In this document: one piece after another, positions 26,101 through 37,278 of the stretch
How the letters are laid out: each line of letters starts with the position of its first letter
Numbering within the stretch: the stretch's first letter is position 1
From: Phoronis australis
Taxonomy: Eukaryota > Animalia > Phoronida
Direction: 5' to 3'
Assembly (NCBI GenBank): GCA_002633005.1
Contig: NMRA01000546.1
Coordinates: 116,106-180,105 of the forward strand
Length of the DNA stretch: 64,000 bases
Made by a program: the position numbers and the translations under genes
Notes under the pieces: generated by a model
What the model was told of the DNA's origin: nothing
The model's input: the letters and a program-made list of their open reading frames with translations, nothing else
Databases searched by the model: none

Positions 26101-26730
26101 GCTTTAAGGTAGTACACTACCGCTCCAGTGTGTTTCGTGTTATTTTCAAGCAAGATAAGCATTTATGAAAACATAATTTTCCTCTGCCATGTGTATTCAC
26201 TTGCTAATGGAGACAGATCTCTGGGGATTGATAAATTGCAAAAAAATCGCAAGGATGATTGTTGTCTTATAATTCTTCCCACAGCTTACAAATCACAGAC
26301 GAAACCAAAGTAACACCCTATTATTTTTGTATATAGTGTCACACCGCACTGTCGAGACTCTGGAGCTTCAAGCCGCGGAAAATTCGTCCAAATCACCTTT
26401 TCTGGCTGTTGCCTCCTAAATTGCATCCAACACGTGGTTCACATCTGTCATACACACAACTTCCAGCTCCAAGTATTGGTGGAGGCTCATGGATACCTTG
26501 TACATGGCAGTGTTTCCTGACTGTAAATTAGATTGAACTGGTTAATATTATTATCGTCAAATATCATCTAAATAATGTCTAGTATATCTAGAGTATGACC
26601 CGTTCGAATGCTCAACTATGCAGATGTACCGCAAATCCAAGGAGTCAAAATGGATTAAAGCAATTGAACACAATTCCTACGTAGGGAACTGTCAGTAAGC
26701 TTCGGCCATGTAGCGTCCATCAGCCTTGGT

Positions 26731-26889
26731 ACACAGGTACAAAGCACTTTAGGCGCTATCATGGCACACAGGTACAAAGCACTTTAGGCGCTATCATGGC
26801 ACACAGGTACAGGTACAAAGCACTTTAGGCGCTATCATGGCACACAGGTACAAAGCACTTTAGGCGCTATCATGGCACACAGGTACAAA
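26731..26889. repeat. Tandem repeat, ~4.5 x 35 bp, running into the gap
   Basis: Unit acacaggtacaaagcactttaggcgctatcatggc; one unit carries an extra caggta. Confidence 0.9.
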
Positions 26890-27372
26890 NNNNNNNNNNN
26901 NNNNNNNNNNNNNNNNNNNNNNNNNNNNNNNNNNNNNNNNNNNNNNNNNNNNNNNNNNNNNNNNNNNNNNNNNNNNNNNNNNNNNNNNNNNNNNNNNNNN
27001 NNNNNNNNNNNNNNNNNNNNNNNNNNNNNNNNNNNNNNNNNNNNNNNNNNNNNNNNNNNNNNNNNNNNNNNNNNNNNNNNNNNNNNNNNNNNNNNNNNNN
27101 NNNNNNNNNNNNNNNNNNNNNNNNNNNNNNNNNNNNNNNNNNNNNNNNNNNNNNNNNNNNNNNNNNNNNNNNNNNNNNNNNNNNNNNNNNNNNNNNNNNN
27201 NNNNNNNNNNNNNNNNNNNNNNNNNNNNNNNNNNNNNNNNNNNNNNNNNNNNNNNNNNNNNNNNNNNNNNNNNNNNNNNNNNNNNNNNNNNNNNNNNNNN
27301 NNNNNNNNNNNNNNNNNNNNNNNNNNNNNNNNNNNNNNNNNNNNNNNNNNNNNNNNNNNNNNNNNNNNNNNN
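26890..27372. other. Assembly gap (483 N)
   Basis: Run of N. Confidence 1.
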
Positions 27373-27520
27373 CCTTGCTTAAATACTGAATGTCCAAGCC
27401 TCCTTGCTTAAATACTGAATGTCCAAGCCCCCTTGCTTAAATACTGAATGTCCAAGCCCCTTTGCTTAAATACTGAATGTCCAAGCCCCCTTGCTTAAAT
27501 ACTGAATGTCCAAGCCCCTT
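27373..27520. repeat. Tandem repeat, 5 x 29 bp, emerging from the gap
   Basis: Unit ccttgcttaaatactgaatgtccaagccc. Confidence 0.9.
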
Positions 27521-29093
27521 TGTCTTTCCTTTTTGTGCTTGTATGTTTGTTTGTGTGAAGCGTGAGTGTCAAAGGTCAAAATATGTCAATTATTTTGTTA
27601 CTTTAGTGAACAAGAGATTTAATTTTTATCAATTGAATGAGATTGTGTTACAAATAGAGTTATATTCCTGGTAACCAATACTAGCAGTGCGATACTATTT
27701 CTGTTGATCAGTGAGAGTCTTCAGTGTTTTATGAGCTGTGTCCCATCTAACTGTATTGGGTTTATTATATCGATGACTACTAACCGTGGCTACGGTGAGA
27801 GTATGCAGTGATTTTTGTAGCTATTGAAATATTCATTGGGATAATACTCAACTTACTTTTTGGCTTTTATCGGAAACCTCATAACATGTCAGTAATCAAT
27901 TAATTCAGCAAACTGGCGGAAAAGGAAACTTGATAGTTCTCTGGTCCAGGATGCTTTTGAATGAATCAGTTTCGCTAAAAGAGACACTCTGTCTAACTTG
28001 AGTTCATTTATTTCTCACATTTCTTTCATCTACTGACGATTTTTAGAAATATTTTTGGTGTCTCTTACAATTTATTTGGGGAGGGAAGGACTGTGCTAAT
28101 ACAGGTTTATAGTAAAGTTGAGTTTAAAATGGTCCGTTTGACTCAATTTGTTCAACAAATTCAGTCGGTTTTGAGCTCAATCTTCTAGTATTCCTACATG
28201 TAGGATAGTGAATTGATTTTCATTTTTCCCTTTGTGCCTGAGCCTGTTGTAATTTGCAGAAACAGGAACACTATCATTCAGTTGCACAGACCGGAACACA
28301 ATCATTCATGTCAACGCAATTTTGATGATGACTTCTTGACTTGTTTTTAATTAAACTGTGTTGCCCGGTGAGTGTGGACCACTGAAGCATTATGAACTTT
28401 CAATTACAAAAAAGCTTACTTTGCGTAAAAGGATCTTTCCAAACATGTAAATGACATTATTTTAACAGTAACTGGGTCACCGTTCTCGTTCTGTAGTCTT
28501 TGAGTCACTACAAGTTTGCCAACACTAGTTGACAGTGTAGTACCACGTGGAAATTGAGTGATGTATACTTTGGCGATCAGGAGTCTTGATGTATTCCTTT
28601 ATTTCCCATTGATTTCATAAACTTCAAGGCTAGTCACAGTCATTTAAACCAAGCAGTAATTAAAGGAACTGCAAGTCATTTTTAGCTAAAAATCAACTCC
28701 AATTTATGCCACAGAAGGCTCCTTACAGCCATGCCATAACCGTGTCACATATATGTGTAATAACCCAAAACTATATGTCCTGGTCACGTGACACTGGTAT
28801 CGCAAGGGAAATAAAGTATTATTGAGAAAGAAGAGTGGGCTAAAAATGTCTAACATTTGAATTTCGTTGTCTTGAAATTACTTACTCAGAGCAAGAACAT
28901 CGGCCAGTAACATCACCCTTAATAAAACAGGCGTGGTTAAACATAACAGGATGTAATGTGATTTTTAATATGCATAAATATTTTGGAAAACAGATGCAGC
29001 TAATGATTTTTCTTCATTGTTTTTAAGCAGCGTTGCAGTATCAAACAATGTTGTGTGCACAGACCACAACCAAGTCAGTTGACCATTTACACG

Positions 29094-29145
29094 TGACAGT
29101 GTAGTAAAGAACTGATATCAATATCAGTTCTTTACTACACTGTCA
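29094..29145. repeat. Perfect 25-bp-arm palindrome (possible micro-MITE)
   Basis: tgacagtgtagtaaagaactgatat-ca-atatcagttctttactacactgtca. Confidence 0.9.
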
Positions 29146-30759
29146 TTCACTGTGTTTTAAAGTGTTCCTAGTAGCCTACACGTGCTTGTAAGTGCTTTAA
29201 CAGTGTTGTTTTTCCCTAAATCTTTAAGACTAATACATCACTGCATCGTTTTGAGGTTTTCGTACTCCATGGTTCTTACTGTGCGAGAAAATCATTTTGT
29301 TTTATTTCTCTGCCATGGCAATGGTTTGTGTAACACAACCTATTTACCTATGTATATGTACGCATAAGCCCAATCCAATACGTGAATAAATGCAAGCCGG
29401 ATATAAGCAGATTGGTTTGATGTGTCGAGCAATTGCGTCTTGGACAAAGAAAGTTGAATTGTTATACGTACGTTTTCAAATGTTGGTGAATAGCTATTGT
29501 GTATGTCATGCATAATGTCACGTGATGCGATCCGAAGGTAGTTTTCAGTAAAAGAAGGCGAGTTCAATGTTGGTAAATGGCATTTATTAATTACATTGTT
29601 TAGTAATGGAAATAATAAAGTACAAACAGAATTACTGTGACGACTGAGAAGGATATTGGATAGAGTTTAGTCTGACACGAATGGAGTAAGTGTAGAAAGA
29701 ATTGTTAAAAACTGAAATGTACTTAGATAACCGAAACTACAAAAGGGGCTCCGAGTAACATTCAGTCAGGTTTCCTAAGTATCGGTTTCGGAAGTTAGTA
29801 CAGATGTGTATTCAAATTTACACACATCTTACATTTCAAATGGGAAGTGATGCCACACAAAAAATCTAGATCAAAAACATAAGTGAGTAACTGTTAAAAG
29901 GAGCTACGGTTCAAAACAAAATGTCGGAATGTTATAGACAACCTCACATTTGCCCATTCCTCCCAGGTCACTTGTTTGATTCTGAACACAATGGAGATGA
30001 CGTAACAAAAACCTAATACTTTACCAAGCCCATACATTAACGTCGGAGTAAACATCCACCGGAAACGATGCATTAGTGGACAAAAGTACTCTGAATGATT
30101 ACCTAAGAATAAGATACCCATCCTAAGTCAATATACGGCAAGCTATGATATCCATGCTTTTAAAAGCACGTTTGGGGAAACTGAAATTGAACATAACAGG
30201 TTATGTATATTGAAAATCCTGGTAGAATAGACACAGTGGGTCAAAATGGACTGGTCGAAGTGGTCACGGCGTGTCCAACGAAAATGTTTTCTCGGGAGAA
30301 AGAAATTTGACAAAACGTTTCACTTGTTTACTGTACATGTATGAGTTCACTCAGGCCATGAGGTGGGTCAAATTTTGGAAGGTTGTACTTGATGTAGTCT
30401 CCATTAACGGAAACCATATGCAAATGACGCCGTACGCACAAGCGGCTTAGCATGGTTTTAATCTATGGGGCACTACCATCCCATTGTTTAACTTGCACGA
30501 TCCATGCAACGTGCATAAGCGCTTCGCATGGTTTTCACCTATGGGGCACTACCATTGCTTTCCTTTTTTTGGGTATTTGTTGGATATAACAAACGAGGTC
30601 GCTCGGATCAGAATCACACCTTGAGTGCACATCACACTGTTACCGATTAATGCTGACCATTATTTTTATTATCAGAAAAAGAAAAGTGAACAATGGATCT
30701 TCCGGTCTTTACGCGACCAGTTCTCGTACCACCTTTACCTCGACTCTCCGGAATGTTCA

Positions 30760-31150
30760 TATGATCTAGAGAGTGCACAAGGTATTGAAATCGTGGACAT
30801 TTTTTTCGTAAATATTTGTCTGGACTTGGACAGCATGTCTCAAACGCTGCAGTGAGGGGAGAGCTTGGTAGAGTGACAACGAAGGTGCATATATTATTGA
30901 GAATAGTTAAACACTGGCTAAAGATTATCAAATTGCGAAGCCATCGTTATGTTATTGTGCGCTATAATGAGCAATATGAAATAGCTGAGCAAAATATGTA
31001 TTGGTTGGCTCTAAATGTTAAACAGTTGTTATTTGCTCATGGTTTTGGAGTTGTTTTAATACAATGAAGTGTAGGCGATGCTGCCTCATTTATTAGTGAA
31101 CTTCAACAACGATGCTTTGATATTGAGATCCACGATTGGAGAGACAATAC
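30760..31150 (+). pseudogene. LINE ORF2 C-terminal fragment (RTE-X-like), interrupted by Penelope
   Basis: Translates SGLGQHVSNAAVRGELGRVTTKVHILLRIVKHWLKII, matching the LG....N.AV.GELGR....I.YW motif downstream of the RT. Paralogous to 36520-36918. Confidence 0.7.
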
Positions 31151-32070
31151 TTCACGAAAACAACAACGGTTTTATAACTTGACATGTTTCGGTGTCATTT
31201 ATTAAACACCATCCTCAGAAGTCATAATACAGTGGCCAACTAGCTTGGCCCAGCAACAAGTAAGGAAGCACAGATACAGTCAGTTACAGGGAGTGACAAT
31301 GAACTAGACCAACAATGACAATTTGTGGTGTGTCAGTTGCCTATTGAGATTGGGCTTGCTCCAACTGATATGTAAAGCCTCACGAATTTTAAGCTCCTTT
31401 GTTGTTACTGCCTGGTCTATTATTGCAAAGTCATTGAAAGAGCACTGATGATAACAATGATTGAAGCTCTGCAGGTGAATATTTACATGTGAATTTCTGT
31501 CAGAATTTAGATGTTCCTTGGTCCTGGTTTTCAAATGGTGAACAGTTTCGCCTATATAACTGGAGTCACATCCAGCAAAGTTAAATTTGTATACTACCTT
31601 GACCGTAGACCCATAGAAATTTTGTCCTTAGGGTTAAATAAACTCGACAGTTTTAGAGACTTGAATATTAATACAACTCTTAAGTTCACACGGCAATCAT
31701 TCACCAATTTGTTGAGTTTTCGTTGAGCAATTTTGGCGTAACACCCAACATAGGGTATTTTAAAGTACTTGTAGTTAGTTTTGTCTATAGGATGAACATC
31801 ATCAGGGTTACGTTGGAGTCTTGCTTTCAGTACCCTATTGACTAATTCTAGGGGATAGTGATTCTTTTGCAAATTCGTTGTAGGTTCTTTGATATTACAT
31901 TCAAATCTAGCCCAAGTGTTGTTAATGCGATATACCCTGTCTATTAGCGTTTTAATGAGACCTACTTTATAAACAAAGGATGTGAAGCTATGAAAACAAG
32001 TGTGCAGTCCTGTGTAGGTGTTCTTATGAAATACTGATGTTATCATAAGAAGACCTACACAGGATTGCAT
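31151..32070 (-). mobile_element. 5'-truncated Penelope-like retroelement (RT thumb, GIY-YIG endonuclease, 3' UTR)
   Basis: ORF 32070-31594 reads TSVFHKNTYTG...YKVGLIKTLIDRVYRI...IPYVG. It is followed by VYKFNFAGCDSSYIGET..LKTRTKEHL...LKIREALHISWSKPNLNRQ, ending at 31304. One in-frame stop lies at 31594. Confidence 0.92.
31172..31227 (-). ncRNA. Minimal type I hammerhead ribozyme in the Penelope 3' UTR/pLTR
   Basis: Minus strand reads ttatgactt-CTGAGGA-t-ggtgt(ttaataaatg)acacc-GAAA-CATG-TC-aagttataa. The core is intact, with a 9-bp stem I (one G-U), a 5-bp stem II and a palindromic ACATGT stem III as known for Penelope hammerheads. Confidence 0.85.
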
Positions 32071-32164
32071 GTATGTCTAAAACAAAGTACTATCATGCTC
32101 TCAACAAGGTTTCAAATATTATTAAAACCTCTTGGACTATAACACCAACCTCTTGTCTACTTAA

Positions 32165-32345
32165 ACTGTCACGACGTTTCGGGCGATCTATTCTAAGGCC
32201 CTCTTTAGGTGTTCCTGCGTTCTTAGAAGAACGACCGCGGATACGTTGTGCATCCATGGCGTGATTTTTTGTCCGAGGTGGGATTTGAACCCACGACTTC
32301 TGAAAATACAGATAATTCATGCATTAACTTACATGACAAAAATTG
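32165..32345 (-). mobile_element. tRNA-derived head followed by a degenerate hammerhead (SINE- or retrozyme-like unit)
   Basis: Minus strand reads gtgggttcaaatcccacctcggaca (B box, tRNA-Leu-like 3' half), then ~60 nt later cac-CTAAAGA-gggc(13 nt)gccc-GAAACGTC-gtg. Confidence 0.55.
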
Positions 32346-32999
32346 CTTACTCTCTCCCGAAAGTTACTGTGTCCAGCGTTTGCAGGCCGGGTCCGTTTAA
32401 GATCATTTTAATACCAATACGGCCGGATAATAACTTCAAAATGATTAGCAGACTATACCCCAACTTGTTACTTAGAACATGACGCGTTATCTACATAGGC
32501 AGACTTAGAGGTGGGTGAATCACCCGAGTTAAAATTGGGTGCAGTCTTTGGTTGCTCATTTTCCCGGTTTTTTTTAGTCCTCAGTTTGTTCATTAGTAAA
32601 AGGAGCACATTCTCAGAATTTGAGCTCCCGGTCCTTTAGGCTTGGTGCGTGCATGCAACTGTGCCTTGCCCGATTGCCCGAGACAAAAACTTGAGCACAC
32701 TCCCTTCTGATATCTTAGATTTGCCACTGATCTAGTAATCAGATGGGAAAAACCTGTACGGAGTACGAGCTGCTCTGGAGTGTTTACCCAAAGCTGGCTC
32801 AGTTTCTGTTGGTTTAAGGACTTCCAACATCGTGTTAAGGTTTACAAGACTGATCGTCTGTCTTTTTACCGTTGGGCGCCGTTTAATTCACTGTTTATCT
32901 TGCTTCCACCATTTTAATTCTTCCTGCTGCCTCATGAAGAAACGTTTGTTCTCTAAGTACACTGTATATCATGTGCACTACCATGTGAGTCAGTGTTGT

Positions 33000-35900
33000 C
33001 AGTGGGTACTTCATAGCTGGAGGTCGTGTAGAGACTACGAGCGAGATTGTATGGCTGAAAGAAACTACTATCGTCCTTTCAACCAAGTTTGTGTCAATGT
33101 GATGCTACCGGGCGTACTGTGATGGCTAGGACAGGGTATTTTCGTAACCTGCGTCTGCACGGTTAGCATAAGGTCCTGGGTTCGAGTCCCGGTCGGGGGC
33201 AGAAATCTTTTTTGACTTATATACATTAGGTCACGTGATGTGATCAAAAAGATGGCGGATTGAACGGTAAAACTACTTGCAACATATTCCACGCCTCACT
33301 GAAACAGATGATATTTACAACTTTGAAACTGTCGTGCAGTGACTGTAGTAAATGCTTCTTTGGTGTTGATGAACCTTGAAATCGAAAATTAAAAAATAGA
33401 TCACGTGCACATCTCATATTACATGACTTAGCGACGCTTTGGTTGTCAGAAATCATCCATTTTAAGTCCCAAAGTGCGTCCATGTCGACAGCTAAAAGGT
33501 GACGAGATGCGGTTCAAGTTATAGAGCGGACTTAACGTCGCCATGTGAGTTTGCTGGAGCGACGACGGAGGATCAGCGTTCTATTCTACACTCCATCAGA
33601 TTTCAGAAAATCATATTTGCCAATTATGTTTCCTTAAGCTATGTGACATATAACGACGAAAGTTGCATTTTCGTGTTTGCACGGGTGCTTTTTCGAGAAA
33701 ATCTTTGTTGGCATGCGTTTAAAATTTAACATAATATTTTAATGTTTTAACAAAACTTAACAGGTGGTGAGCCAATTTTTGATACGACTTCATTAAACAA
33801 TGAACATTGTGAAACTTAAACATTTATTGGGTCAGAGAGTATCCGCTGTACGTGGATGAAGCTCTGAGAACTATAAGTACTTCAAGTAGGTGGATATTTA
33901 TATTTTAGGGAATAAATGCTAAAACAAGTTTCTACCATAAGCAGTGAAGGGCCTTGTCGTCATTCTTTGCTTTCCGGTGTGTTTCATGTCAGTGTCAGAC
34001 TTGATAAGCATTTGTGAAAACAGAATTTCCCTCTGCCATGTGTATTCACTCGCTAAATAATCGCTGACGCATTACTGATTACATTTTACAAATTTCACAC
34101 TACAGGCAAATGGAATATTATGTACTATGCACTAATGGAGGCAGATCTTTGGCGATTGGTAAATTGTGAAAAATTGCAAGCAAGTTTGGTGTCTTATAAT
34201 TCTTCCCACAGCTTCCAAATTAAAGACGAAACCGAAAGTAACACCCTACTATTTTTGTATTAAGTGTCACAACGCACTGTCGATACTCTTGAGCTACGAG
34301 TCCCGGAAAGTACATGTAAACGTGTATAAAATATTTCCTCTGTCCATTCATAAAATTGCTTGTGGGTACAGTCCGCATGTCCAAACCACCTTTTCTGTCT
34401 GTTGTCTCTTAATTCACACCAACACATGGCTCATCTGTTACATGTATATACGCAACTTCCAGCTCCACCTATTGGTGGAAGCTGAACTATATGATATGTG
34501 TACGTGACGGTGTTTCCTGGTTGTAAATTGATCTGAAATGGTTTATTTCATTACCGTCAAATATCATCTAAATAATGCCGAGAACGTCTAGATTAAGACC
34601 CGTTAGAATGCTCAGCTGTACAGATGTAAAGCAAATCCATGGAGTCAAAATATAATAAAGCAATTGAAAACAATTCCTACGTAGGGAACTGTCAGTAAGC
34701 TTCGTCCTTGTAGCGTTCACCAGCCTTGGCACACAGGTGCAAAGCCCTTTAGGCGCTATCATTAGTTTTTATCACATTAGTGATAGATGCAACAAGTAGT
34801 TTCTTTCAAGATTCAAACCTTTGCTTAAATACTGAATGTCCAAGGCCCTTGAAGTCAATTGATGTACTGTTTTTGTGTTATAATTAGGCTTCAAAATATT
34901 GTATTTAATGACTATTATGTTTGCTAAAATGCGTTTGTTTGCGTGATTTGAGTTTTATGGTATTTATGATAGAGCTACTGGATTTAGTCCACATTTGAAT
35001 TTTTTTTGTAAACGACATGAAATTTGGTATTACTCCTATACGCAATTGACGAATTGTTTAGAACTTGGAAAAGAGAGTTTGTAAATATGTAATCCATTAA
35101 ATTTCTCTTCCTGTGCATGTATGTTTGTCTATGCGAAGTGTGAGTGGCAAAGGTCACACTGTCAATTATTTTGCTACTTAAGTAAACTAGTCATTTATTT
35201 TTTATGAATTAAAGGACAATATGACATATAGAGTTTTATTTGTAGTAAGGAATACTTGTAGTACGATGTTACATGTATTTCTGTTGAAACTGATCAGTGA
35301 GGGTCTTCAGTGTTTTATGAGCAGTGTCACATCTAATTCTATAGGGTTTATTATATCGATGACTACTAACCGTGGCTGCGGAATTAAGTCAGCGAACTGA
35401 GAGTATGCAGGGACTTTTGTTGCTATTGAAATATTCATTTGGGATAATACTCAACTTACTCTTTGGCTTTCCTGGAATCATTAGAGCACAGTTGCAATAA
35501 ATTAATAAAGCAAACTGGCGTTAAAGGAAAATCCAGAGTTCTCTGGTCCAAGATGCTTTTGAATAAATCATTGACGCTAAAAGAGACCCTCTTTCTAAGT
35601 TGAGTTCATTTATTTGTCACATTTCTCAGAGTATTTTTAAAAATAAATCTGGATGTTTCTTACAATTTATATGGGAAGGAAAGGACTGCTCTAATACAGG
35701 TTTATAGTAAAGTTCGGTGGAAAGTGGACCGCTTTGACTCACTTGTTAAACAATTTCAGACACTTTGAACTCATTCTTCTACATCTAGTATTCCTATATG
35801 CAGGATGGTGGATATTTTTTTTACTTTCTCCTTTACACCTGAGCCTGAGGAACACTATCATTCATGTCAGCGATATTTTGATGATGACTTCTTGACTTGT

Positions 35901-36918
35901 TCTTAATTAGAATGTGTTGCCCGGTGAGTGTGGACCCCTGTTCTCTCCGCGTGCGCGGGATACTGAAGCATTTTGAACGTTTAATTACAAAAAACTTACT
36001 TTGAGTAAAATGATCTTTCCATACATGTAAGGGACCTTATTTTTATAGAACAAAACAATAACTGGGTCATCGTCTTTGTGTAGCTACAAGTTTGCCGACA
36101 CTAGTTGACAGTGGAGTACCTTGTGACAATCCTTTGACATATATTTCGGCGATAAGGAGTCTTGGTGTATTCCTGATTTCCCATTTAATTCGTAACCTTC
36201 AAGGCTAGTCACTGAGTCATTGAAAGCAAGCATCGACTAAAGAAATTCGAAGTCACGCTAAGCTAAAAATCAACCGTTAAGTATGCTACAGAAGGTTCCT
36301 TGTAGCCATAACATAAGCGTGACACATGGCTGTGTAAAAATCCAAAAAAATATTCACCTGTCACGCGGCACTGTTATTGCAAGGGAAATGAAATATTGAG
36401 GGAGAAGCGTGGGCTATTAATGTCTAAGATATGGCTTTCGGTGTCTTGAAAATGTTTACTCTGGGTAAAAACATCGGCCAGTTACATAACCCTTATAATA
36501 ACATGCGTGGTTAAACATATGAGCTAGAGCGCCCACAAGATATTGAAATAGTTCAAAATAAATTTTGTAAATTGTTGTTGGGACTAGGACAGCATTCTCA
36601 AACGCTGCAGTGAGGGGAGAGCTTGGTAGAGTGACAATGAAGGTACATATGATATTTAGAATTGTTAAAGACTAGTTAAAGATTATCAAATTGCCAAGCC
36701 ATTGTTATATTAGTGTGTGCTATAAAGTGCAATGCGACATGGCTCAGCAAATTATGTGTTGCTGGGCTCTATTTGAATGTTAAACGATTGTCATTTGGTG
36801 ATGGTTTGGAGTTATTTGAATACAGTAATATGTAGGTACTGCTGCCTCATTTGTACGCGTAAGTGAAGTTCAACAGTGATGCTTTGATACTGACATCCAC
36901 GATTGGAGAGACAATACT
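33000..36918. repeat. Copy 2 of the direct segmental duplication
   Basis: See 24950-31150. This copy carries a SINE insertion at 33150-33290 that copy 1 lacks. Confidence 0.85.
33150..33290 (+). mobile_element. tRNA-derived SINE (5'-truncated), same family as 14895-15058
   Basis: gcgtctgcacggttagca..gggttcgagtcccggtcgggggcagaaat..ttaggtcacgtgatgtgat; absent from the paralogous site at ~25450. Confidence 0.8.
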
Positions 36919-37278
36919 ATTTTCTCAACCGCTAGATATTTATAAAATAGTTAAGTGGAATTTTATAGTAGGAAATGCATAACATGTCTAAAAAATAGTT
37001 TTACAGAGTGCCCTCTCAAGATTTAGATGCTCACCGCATTCTTTAATCATCCTTTTGGGAAGGTTTATTGGACTTGATAGAGAGGAGAAGATATGTCCCA
37101 GCTGTGACAGTGAGAAAGTGTAACCAGAATTACACCTTCTTCTTGAATGTAAATTACACTCTCAACTAAGTATGATGTTCTTACTAAGATACCATAAGGT
37201 GGACAAGATAGTGTTCACAATTTTTTTACAGACTCATGATTTAACTATCCTAAGAAATGTTGCTGGATATTTAAATAC
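36520..37278 (+). pseudogene. LINE ORF2 C-terminal fragment (RTE-X-like) with zinc knuckle
   Basis: Motifs NKFCKLLLGLG, NAAVRGELGR and LGRFIGLDREEKICPSCDSEKV*PELHLLLEC; contains stops and frameshifts. Confidence 0.75.

Larger units (their letters stand above)
24950..31150. repeat. Copy 1 of an old direct segmental duplication (copy 2 at ~33000-36918)
   Basis: Continuous collinear similarity of 25400-28945 to 33100-36518 and of 30760-31150 to 36516-36918. Segment 28945-30760 is absent from copy 2. The left boundary is approximate. Confidence 0.85.

Noticed and set aside
26870-27411. 175- and 179-aa ORFs
   Set aside because: Artefacts of the N gap.
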